NCBI GenBank assembly: GCA_046757025.1
Contig: JBHHXN010000132.1
Span: 1-14,742 of the forward strand
Source: a bacterium
GTDB lineage: Bacteria; Zhuqueibacterota; Zhuqueibacteria; Oceanimicrobiales; Oceanimicrobiaceae
Direction of reading: 5' to 3'
DNA: 14,742 nucleotides
Shown: positions 7,946 to 14,742 of the stretch, one piece after another
Numbering within the stretch: position 1 is the first letter of the stretch
How the letters are laid out: every line of letters begins with the position of its first letter
Made by a program: the position numbers and the translations under genes
Notes under the pieces: generated by a model
Seen by the model: only the letters and a program-made list of their open reading frames with translations
Told to the model about the DNA's origin: nothing
Databases searched by the model: none

Positions 7946-8956
7946 ATGAACAATCAAAATTTAGAGTGCTTTCGTAAGGCTTTAATCAATCATAGAGATT
8001 CCCTGCAAGACTGGCTGTGTTCCAACTCGAACCAAAAGCAAATTCGTTTGGCCAGCACGGAACAAAATGAGGTTTTGCAGCTCATCGCCGAGATCAAAAA
8101 CGCTCTGGTGAAGATCGAAAAGGGGGATTTTGGCAAATGTCTAGAATGCGGCGAAGACGTCGAATTCGAACAGCTTGAATATGATTTTACTTCCTGCTTG
8201 TGTTTATCTCACTATTCGGAAGCCCAGCTTCGTACACTGGAACGAGAGCTGGAATTGGCCTCACGCGTACAGAAAGATTTGTTGCCCTGCTGTTTACCCG
8301 CGTTGCCCGAAACGCAAATTGCGGCGCACACCGAGTCCGCACGCATTGTCGGTGGCGATTACTACGATTTTTTTGAATTTCAGAACACCACCCAAGGGCT
8401 GGCCATCGCCGATGTCATGGACAAGGGCCTGCCAGCCAGCATGTTGATGTCCAATTTGCAGGCTTCTTTGCGCATTCTCGGCCCGGAACACTCTTCTCTG
8501 GATGCTTTAGCCAAACGATTGAACAAGTTTTTTCTGCACAATCTGAATCTGATTCGATTCATTTCCGTATTTTTGGCCGCTATTGATGTGAAGACAAAAA
8601 CTCTACAATACTGCAACGCGGGGCACCATCCGCCTCTATGGTGGCAAGGCTGTTCGCAAACGATTCACTGGCTGCAGCCAACTGGTCCCGCGCTGGGATT
8701 GACGGCGCATGCCAAATACAATTCGAAATCAGTAAATTATGCAAATGGCGATTTGTTTGTTTTTTATACAGATGGTTTGATAGAAGCAGGTAATAACAAA
8801 GGACAAGAATTTGGCGAAGAAAGCATGGCAGCCTTTGTAAAAGAGCACCAATATTGGTCTCCTGACGAAATTTTAAACGGTCTGCTTGCGGCTGCAAAAA
8901 ATTGCACAGACAGGTTTCATGATGATGTGACTTTAATTGTTCTGAAAGTGGAATAG
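7946..8956 (+). CDS. SpoIIE/RsbU-type PP2C protein phosphatase with N-terminal DksA/TraR-like zinc finger
   Basis: PP2C motifs LELASRVQKDLLP, VGGDYYDF, IADVMDKG, NAGHHPP, YTDGLIEA and DDVTLIVLK. N-terminal ALVKIEKGDFGKCLECGEDV...CLCLSH. ATG 7946 follows GAGAGGAG; TTG 7934 is an alternative start. Confidence 0.9.
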   Translation: MNNQNLECFRKALINHRDSLQDWLCSNSNQKQIRLASTEQNEVLQLIAEIKNALVKIEKGDFGKCLECGEDVEFEQLEYDFTSCLCLSHYSEAQLRTLERELELASRVQKDLLPCCLPALPETQIAAHTESARIVGGDYYDFFEFQNTTQGLAIADVMDKGLPASMLMSNLQASLRILGPEHSSLDALAKRLNKFFLHNLNLIRFISVFLAAIDVKTKTLQYCNAGHHPPLWWQGCSQTIHWLQPTGPALGLTAHAKYNSKSVNYANGDLFVFYTDGLIEAGNNKGQEFGEESMAAFVKEHQYWSPDEILNGLLAAAKNCTDRFHDDVTLIVLKVE

Positions 8957-9059
8957 TTCATTTGATCCCGGCGAGGAATCCAGAAAATCCAATTTCACAA
9001 ATTGACCTGTTTCCCTACTGATTTGGCTGGCTCACAGAGCAAATAAATGAGGAATCCTT

Positions 9060-11606
9060 TCATGCTTCCACGCGCAAAACCTCCAACGGCGGCCGGTCTA
9101 GAATGCCGCGGCTGTTTAACATGCCGATGACAATGGTCAATCCGATGACGGTCGCCAGAACCACCAGGAAAGGCAAAACCGTCGGCACGAAAACCGAGTC
9201 GAACACGAAGAACGCCAAAGCCCAACTGCCGGCATAAGAAAGCAGCAAGCCGGTTAAAGCTGCAAATCCGCCCAGGAAAACATATTCGATCACCATGATT
9301 TTGATAATTTGCTTGCGTGAAGCGCCTAACGTGCGCAGTAGAACACTTTCCTGCACGCGCTGAAAACGGCTGGTTATGACCGCCGCAGCCAGTACGATCA
9401 AACCGGTCAAAATGCTGAAAAAAGCCATAAACCGGATCACAAACGATATTTTACTGAGAAAAGTGTCCAGGGTGGAAAGCACCAGCGCCAGATCGATCAT
9501 GGAGACGTTCGGGAACGCTTGCACCACCGCCCTTTGCAGCTCGGCAGACTTTTCCGTGGTTTGAGCGCGGGTGGCCAGAACGTAAATTTGAGGCGCGTAA
9601 TCCAAAGCGCCTTCTGGAAACACCACGAAAAAATTGGCCTGAATGCGCTGCCAGTCCACCCGGCGCAAACTGGCGATGTAGGTGGTGACCGGCACGCCCT
9701 GCACATCCCACACGATGGTATCTCCGAGGGTCAGGTTCATGCGGTGCGCCGCCCCCTCTTCAAATGAAATGGGAATGACCTCGGTATTTTCTGTCACTCG
9801 TTGGCGCCAGGTGCCCGCGACGATTTTTTCGGTGTCAAACAAATGACTGCGGTAGGTGGTGCGGAATTCCCACCGCAGCAAACCACGATTTCTTCTGCGG
9901 GTGGAATCGCTTAACATTTCTTCCACCTTGCGGCCGTTCAATGTGGCCAGGCGCATGGTGACAATGGGCGCTTCCTGTACTATGGGCAAATCAAACGACC
10001 GTACCATCTCCGCGATTTGCTCTTTCTGATCGGGTTGTACGTCGAACAGAATCAGGTTCGGGCGGTTGCCGCCGCCCACATAAGTCACTTTTTCCAGTAA
10101 GGTGTCGTGCGACAAATACAGCGTGGTGATCAAAAACGTGCCTAGCCCGATGGACAGCATCAATATCTGCGTTTGATTGTTGGGACGATACAAATTGGCC
10201 AACCCCTGCCGCCAGACATACGTCCATGAACGGGGGAAAAACTTTTTGAACAGCACGGTAATCATTTTAGCCACGCCGGCCAGTACACCAAATGCCGACA
10301 GGATGGCCGCCGTAAAAATTATGCCAAAGTACCACTTTGCGGATTGGGAAATGGCGAAAACGGTGACGGCCAAAATGATCAGTCCGTACACCAGCCAGCG
10401 CGCTTTGTCTTTCGCTGCGCCGGACTGATTTTCAAAGGACGAGCGCAAGGCCAGCAGCGGCGGCACTTTGCGAATGGCCAGCAGCGGCAGTAAAGCAAAC
10501 AAAATTGCCAGGCCCAGACCCAACGCCACGCCTTTGGCAATGGCGAACCAGGCGATAAAATATTCGATGGAGACCGGCAGGAATTCACGAAATACGCCAG
10601 GCAAAAAGCGTTGAATGATCATTCCCACTAAGGCTCCTGTCACAGAACCGAGCAAAGCCATGGCCGCCACCTGAATCAAATAGATGGAAAAAGTGGTTTT
10701 GGAATCGGCGCCCATGCAGCGCAAAATCGATACGTCGCCGATTTTTTGTTTGGTGTAAACATGCACGGCGCTGGCTACGCCGATGCTGCCCAAAATTAAC
10801 GCCACAAATCCCACCAGGTTGAGAAAACGGTAAAGGTTCTCCAGCACGCGACTGAACTGCTGTTTGCGATTCTCCGCGGTTTCGGCACGAATGCGCTGCT
10901 GGTCCAGATGCGGTTTGAGATCGCGGATGATTTCGTCCGGCTGGCTGGTAGGCGGCAACTTAAAATAAACCCGATAGTTGACCAGGCTGCCTTTTTGAAG
11001 CAATCGGGTTTGATCCAAAAAAGTAAATGGAATATAAACAGTAGGATTGAACACGCTTGCAACCGGCGGATTGCTGGGTATCTTTTTCAGTCGGCCGGCA
11101 ATGCGGAACGTTTTGGCGCCGATCTTTATGGAATCCCCGATATCCGTGGCGAACTGCAGCATGAGCGCTTCATCCACCAAGGCTTTGGGGCCGCTGCGAT
11201 AATTTTCAACGGCGGAGGCGGGCGTCGCGCCGATTTCGCCATAAAACGGAAAATCGCCCTGTAGCGCCCGCACCTGCACCAATCGCGTGCCGCCATTTTC
11301 AGGAAAATACGCCATGGAAGCAAACAGAATTTCACGCGCTTGCTCACCGTCGATGCTATCTAGCCGGGCTTCTGTGGCTGCGCTGAAGGGCTGTAAACTC
11401 GACAGCATCAGATCCGCCCCCATCAACGCTTTGGCTTGCTCGTCGATAGCCTTCTCCAGATTCTCTCCGAAAGAGCCGATGGACACCAGCGCCGCGATGC
11501 CCAGTACAATGGAGGTCATGAACAAAAACAAGCGCTTGCGGTGCTTGCGGCTGTCCCGCCAGGCCATTTTAAATATCCAGACATTAAAAATTGAAATCTT
11601 TTTCAT
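9060..11606 (-). CDS. YbbP-like ABC transporter permease (duplicated MacB-PCD/FtsX architecture)
   Basis: 848 aa. MAWRDSR...SIVLGIAALVSI, ALMGADL, FPFYGEI, PNLILFDVQPDQ, SLRRVDWQRIQANFFVVF and ESVLLRTLGASRKQI are characteristic of YbbP-type permeases. Confidence 0.9.
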   Translation of the reverse strand: MKKISIFNVWIFKMAWRDSRKHRKRLFLFMTSIVLGIAALVSIGSFGENLEKAIDEQAKALMGADLMLSSLQPFSAATEARLDSIDGEQAREILFASMAYFPENGGTRLVQVRALQGDFPFYGEIGATPASAVENYRSGPKALVDEALMLQFATDIGDSIKIGAKTFRIAGRLKKIPSNPPVASVFNPTVYIPFTFLDQTRLLQKGSLVNYRVYFKLPPTSQPDEIIRDLKPHLDQQRIRAETAENRKQQFSRVLENLYRFLNLVGFVALILGSIGVASAVHVYTKQKIGDVSILRCMGADSKTTFSIYLIQVAAMALLGSVTGALVGMIIQRFLPGVFREFLPVSIEYFIAWFAIAKGVALGLGLAILFALLPLLAIRKVPPLLALRSSFENQSGAAKDKARWLVYGLIILAVTVFAISQSAKWYFGIIFTAAILSAFGVLAGVAKMITVLFKKFFPRSWTYVWRQGLANLYRPNNQTQILMLSIGLGTFLITTLYLSHDTLLEKVTYVGGGNRPNLILFDVQPDQKEQIAEMVRSFDLPIVQEAPIVTMRLATLNGRKVEEMLSDSTRRRNRGLLRWEFRTTYRSHLFDTEKIVAGTWRQRVTENTEVIPISFEEGAAHRMNLTLGDTIVWDVQGVPVTTYIASLRRVDWQRIQANFFVVFPEGALDYAPQIYVLATRAQTTEKSAELQRAVVQAFPNVSMIDLALVLSTLDTFLSKISFVIRFMAFFSILTGLIVLAAAVITSRFQRVQESVLLRTLGASRKQIIKIMVIEYVFLGGFAALTGLLLSYAGSWALAFFVFDSVFVPTVLPFLVVLATVIGLTIVIGMLNSRGILDRPPLEVLRVEA

Positions 11607-11646
11607 CGTGTTTAAAATATTTGAATGACGGCAAGCTCAAACTATT

Positions 11647-11894
11647 AATTATTAACTAACATTTCTTACTTTAAGTCATGCAACTATGTTCATATTAAAT
11701 AATTAGATACGACAGGTTCACTTCATGCTGAGCGGAGTCGAAGCATGAATTACAGCCAGAACTAGTCACCCTTCGACGCAGTTTATCCTGAGCTTGTCGA
11801 AGGGCTCAGGGTGAAAGTAGAACAATCAGTAACCTCTTAATTAAAAGTTGGTTTATGAATCACGTCACGAAGTGAGAAATGTTAATTATTAATT
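11647..11894. mobile_element. Putative MITE-like element bounded by 25-bp imperfect inverted repeats
   Basis: 11647-11671 (AATTATTAACTAACATTTCTTACTT) matches the reverse complement of 11870-11894 (AATTAATAATTAACATTTCTCACTT) at 22 of 25 positions. The interior is non-coding and contains REP-like palindromes. Mobility is inferred. Confidence 0.45.
11722..11814. repeat. Cluster of REP-like palindromic units (CTGAGC-n-GTCGAAG family)
   Basis: TTCATGCTGAGCGGAGTCGAAGCATGAA (11722-11749), then TCACCCTTCGAC...ATCCTGAGCTTGTCGAAGGGCTCAGGGTGA (11766-11814). The core CTGAGC-n-GTCGAAG occurs twice forward and once split in inverted orientation. Confidence 0.8.
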
Positions 11895-12961
11895 TTTCGT
11901 TCCTTGTACACTTGCTTGATCATGCAATGCAGCTCTTTGTCTTTGCGCTTTTTTTCAAGTTGACTGTTCAGATTCTGTTTGCTTTCCAGGTAAGCCAATT
12001 CCTTTTGCAGTTTCACATAGCTCAAATATCGACTGGACTCGATTTCACCGTTGGCCACGGCCTGTAAAACCGCACATTTGATTTCAGAGGTGTGGCTGCA
12101 ATCTGAAAAGTGGCATTGGCTTGCTAATTGCTCGATTTCGGAAAAAACCTGCTCGACGCCGTCCTCGCTATGCCACAATTGCAGCTCGCGCATGCCCGGC
12201 GTGTCGATGACGCAGCCGCCCTGTGGTAAAACGAACAATTCCCGCCGACTGGTGGTGTGCCGGCCGCGGCCGTCTTTCTGACGGATTTCGGTGGTTGGTT
12301 GCACGTCTGCTCCCAGCAATTTATTAATGAGAGTTGATTTGCCCACCCCGGAAGAACCGATGAAGGCATACGTGCAGCCACTTTTGATGGAATTTTTCAA
12401 CGAAGCCATCCCCTGATTGTTTTCAGCGCTGACCGCCATCACTGGCACATTCGACACTGTGCGTTTGACTTCGTTCACTCTTTCTTTGAAATTGGCGTCT
12501 AAATCTAACTTGTTCAAAAGGATTACCGGTTGGGCCTGGCTTTCGTACACCATGACCAGATAGCGTTCGATTCGCCGCAAATTAAAATTGTTGTCCAGAC
12601 TCTGTACGATGAATATGACGTCGATATTGGCGGCCAGAACTTGTTCTTCGATTCTCTTGCCTGCCTCTTTGCGGGATAGTTTGCTCTTTCGTGGTAAAAT
12701 CTCATGAATGATGGCTTTTCTTTCCTCCTCAAATAAAGATAAAACCACCCAATCACCGACTTTTGGCCAATCCGCCGGCGAGGCTGCCTGAAACATGAGT
12801 TTGCCGGTAATTTCCGCGTGGTATTCCCCATGGGCGGTTTGCACCAGATAGCGGTCTTGGTTTTCCACCGCGACCCGGCCCGCTTCCAAGCCCTTGTTTT
12901 CAAAAGCAGCAAATTCTTTTGTCAGGGATTCATTCCATCCGAGTGGTATCAGTTGTTGCAT
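11882..12961 (-). CDS. rsgA: Ribosome small subunit-dependent GTPase A (circularly permuted GTPase)
   Basis: OB-fold region (VGDWV), ANID, G4 NKLD preceding G1 GSSGVGKST, G2 GRHTT, G3 DTPGMRE, and zinc site CHFSDCSHTSEIKC. Confidence 0.96.
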   Translation of the reverse strand: MQQLIPLGWNESLTKEFAAFENKGLEAGRVAVENQDRYLVQTAHGEYHAEITGKLMFQAASPADWPKVGDWVVLSLFEEERKAIIHEILPRKSKLSRKEAGKRIEEQVLAANIDVIFIVQSLDNNFNLRRIERYLVMVYESQAQPVILLNKLDLDANFKERVNEVKRTVSNVPVMAVSAENNQGMASLKNSIKSGCTYAFIGSSGVGKSTLINKLLGADVQPTTEIRQKDGRGRHTTSRRELFVLPQGGCVIDTPGMRELQLWHSEDGVEQVFSEIEQLASQCHFSDCSHTSEIKCAVLQAVANGEIESSRYLSYVKLQKELAYLESKQNLNSQLEKKRKDKELHCMIKQVYKERKINN

Positions 12962-12962
12962 T

Positions 12963-13085
12963 TTATTCTTTCTTCATTCAGAATGTTCCTTCAGTTAAAG
13001 AGATTTGCGCCTGAACACTGGAGCCAAAAGTCATAAAGGCAAATCCCGTCTTCACAACAAGAAACCACACAAACACGCTTGACGG
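12963..13085 (-). promoter_or_regulatory. Putative regulatory leader of rsgA (uORFs and stems)
   Basis: GTG-started 25-codon uORF at 13055-12978 ([25 protein letters not shown]), followed immediately by a mini-ORF MKKE* at 12977-12963. Two short stems: CCGTC/GACGG and GATTTGC/GCAAATC. Confidence 0.4.
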
Positions 13086-13160
13086 CGGCTTTTTGTTTTT
13101 CGATTTCAGAGGTCGGCAAATGTTTAACCCGAAAGAAGTTTGGTGTTTTGAAATGACGAA

Positions 13161-13883
13161 TCATGAAGTTTGCAGGACGGCTTTGTGGGTTAATTCTTGC
13201 GGGCTCATTTTTTCATCCGCGATCATGCGGCCGCCTTTCAGTCTCATAATGCGCTGGGTCTTACTGGCCAGCTCCAGATTGTGCGTTGCGATGAGTAAAG
13301 TGGCGCCGTGGGCCTGGTTGAGCTCAAACAACAGATCCTCCACTCGATTGCTGTTTTCAGCATCGAGGTTGCCGGTGGGTTCATCTGCAAAGAGAATTTG
13401 CGGACGGTTGATAAAAGCCCGCGCCAGCGCCACCCGTTGCTGTTCCCCGCCCGAAAGTTGTACCGGGTAATGATTTGTGCGTTCACTGAGTCCCACCTGC
13501 GTGAGCAGTTCTTGCGCGCGTTGCAGCACATTAGTTTCTCCCCGCAGCTCCAACGGCACCATGACGTTTTCCAGAGCTGTGAGAGTGGGAATAAGCTGAA
13601 AATTCTGGAAAACAAATCCCACGTGGTCGTTGCGCAGTTGGGCGCGCTGGTCTTCACTCAGGTTGCTCAATGAAGTCCCGTTCAAAGTCACCGAACCGCT
13701 GCTGGGCAGATCGAGCCCGGCGCACAGTCCCAGCAGGGTGGTTTTACCGCTGCCGGAGGGCCCCACGATGGCCGTAGTGGTGCCGGCCTCTATATTTAAA
13801 GAAATATCGTGCAGTACGATCAAATTCGAATCGCCGCTTTGATATGATTTCGTCAAATTTTGTACCGTAAGAATCGCAGCCAT
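13161..13883 (-). CDS. YbbA/LolD-like ABC transporter ATP-binding protein
   Basis: Walker [11 protein letters not shown]-loop GFVFQNFQL, signature LSGGEQQR, Walker [13 protein letters not shown] and H-loop ATH. GLCAGLD and [11 protein letters not shown] are YbbA-like. Confidence 0.95.
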   Translation of the reverse strand: MAAILTVQNLTKSYQSGDSNLIVLHDISLNIEAGTTTAIVGPSGSGKTTLLGLCAGLDLPSSGSVTLNGTSLSNLSEDQRAQLRNDHVGFVFQNFQLIPTLTALENVMVPLELRGETNVLQRAQELLTQVGLSERTNHYPVQLSGGEQQRVALARAFINRPQILFADEPTGNLDAENSNRVEDLLFELNQAHGATLLIATHNLELASKTQRIMRLKGGRMIADEKMSPQELTHKAVLQTS

Positions 13884-14030
13884 TTTCTTGAATTTAAATA
13901 AAGTGCAGATTGATATTTTGTTTGAATTTGTTTACATTGAGGATAAAGATCGACATTTTTAACGTAATACACAATAGTTTGTTGCAAAATAACAGGCAAG
14001 TGAAATGTAAGGTAGTCACGAAATTTAGCA

Positions 14031-14096
14031 ATTGACTAAGTGAATAATTCTCATTAAATTTAATTCAGATGAATGTAGAAGAGCTTCTTAGTCAAT
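14031..14096 (+). promoter_or_regulatory. Putative promoter/operator of the toxin-antitoxin operon
   Basis: TTGACT (14032-14037), 17 nt, TAAATT (14055-14060). Perfect palindrome ATTAAATTTAAT at 14053-14064. Perfect 10-bp inverted repeat ATTGACTAAG (14031-14040) / CTTAGTCAAT (14087-14096). Confidence 0.55.
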
Positions 14097-14111
14097 ATTT
14101 GGAGAATGAAA

Positions 14112-14351
14112 ATGTTAACGCAAATCAGCAAAATTGATAAACAGGGCAGAATCGAACTCCCTGATAAAATGCGCAAGGAGTGTGGTCTTCTTCCAGAAAC
14201 TGATGTGCTCATCGAATTAAAAGATGATGGAATTTTTATCAAACCGAAACTCACTACTACACCAATTACACAGAGAATTGCTGAGATGGACTTACCCGTC
14301 TCAGACTGGAAGGAAATAGAAAAAGAAATTGCAGAAGGACATCTTAAATAA
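14112..14351 (+). CDS. AbrB/MazE/SpoVT-family DNA-binding antitoxin (VapB-like)
   Basis: SKIDKQGRIELPDKMRKECGLLPETDVLIELKDDGIFIKP is a swapped-hairpin AbrB pattern. GGAG at 14101-14104 is 7 nt from ATG 14112; ATG 14106 is an alternative. The stop abuts the toxin ATG. Confidence 0.9.
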   Translation: MLTQISKIDKQGRIELPDKMRKECGLLPETDVLIELKDDGIFIKPKLTTTPITQRIAEMDLPVSDWKEIEKEIAEGHLK

Positions 14352-14742
14352 ATGGACGAACCAGTATTTCTGGATGTAAACGTTTTCATGTACGCCGCTG
14401 GCAAACCCACATCCCTACAAGAATCCATGTTTACGCATTTTAAAAGACATTGAAACTCATGCATTAACAGGAGTGGTTAACACAGAAATATTTCAGGAAT
14501 TACTTTATCGATATAGCCACATTGGTTTAATCAAAAAGGGAATTCAACTTTGTAATGATATTTTTAAGTATCCGTTGACTATTTTTCCGGTAACAGAAGT
14601 TGATATTCGCTTTGCAATAGAATTAGTCGAACAGTATAAAAATTATGATATAACACCCCGAGATGCGATTCACGCTGCAACACTCAAAAACAATAAGATT
14701 GAAAAACTAATAAGTGCTGATAAGGATTTCGATAATTTTGAT
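14352..14742 (+). pseudogene. vapC: VapC-family PIN-domain toxin, +1 frameshifted, running off the window end
   Basis: ATG 14352 reads MDEPVFLDVNVFMYAAGKP and then stops at TGA 14451-14453. The +1 frame from about 14407 reads PHPYKNPCLRILKDI...VNTEIFQELLYRY...PRDAIHAATLKNNKIEKLISADKDFDNFD, a typical PIN domain. It is absent from the ORF track. Confidence 0.88.

Noticed and set aside
8405..8430. DVMDKG instead of DVxGKG in the PP2C motif as a sign of inactivity
   Set aside because: DVxDKG is a common SpoIIE variant, and the metal-binding aspartates are present.
8957..9059. Expected bidirectional terminator between the convergent phosphatase and permease genes
   Set aside because: Only weak 4-5 bp stems were found, with no convincing hairpin plus U-tract.
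11722..11814. Palindromic repeats as a CRISPR array or tRNA
   Set aside because: No regular repeat-spacer period, no cas genes, and no cloverleaf or T-loop context.
12978..13163. Stop-codon readthrough or selenocysteine at the ABC ATPase TGA, since the same frame stays open for 60 more codons
   Set aside because: The ATPase is already full length, I see no convincing SECIS-like hairpin, and an open stretch of this size can arise by chance.
14060..14464. 134-aa antisense ORF over the toxin-antitoxin genes
   Set aside because: It is a shadow of the AbrB and vapC genes, which have clear family motifs on the plus strand.

Overview
A bacterial genomic window with 11 coding regions. The PorV-type barrel beside an FN3/FlgD-type protein suggests an FCB-group-like host such as KSB1 or Calditrichota (inference only). 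Plus strand, in order: the 3' end of a BNR/VPS10-type glycosyl-hydrolase-like gene, a prokaryotic SLC12-like cation-chloride cotransporter, a small FN3 + FlgD/T9SS-type protein, a PorV/PorQ-family barrel with an extra C-terminal domain, a 503-aa orphan with apparent ubiquitin-like and thioredoxin-like modules, and a DksA/TraR-zinc-finger-PP2C (SpoIIE) phosphatase. Minus strand: a YbbA-like ABC ATPase and YbbP-like permease, split by an rsgA gene. At the right end is an AT-rich AbrB-VapC toxin-antitoxin pair whose toxin carries a +1 frameshift. The main leads are: (i) the rsgA segment, which looks inserted and has flanking imperfect direct repeats, a uORF-containing leader, and a 248-bp inverted-repeat element that supplies its stop codon and contains nested REP-like palindromes; (ii) the Ubl-Trx-like orphan protein; (iii) the frameshifted vapC with intact catalytic residues. 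No rRNA, tRNA or CRISPR array was seen. All family calls are by-eye motif recognition; no searches were run.
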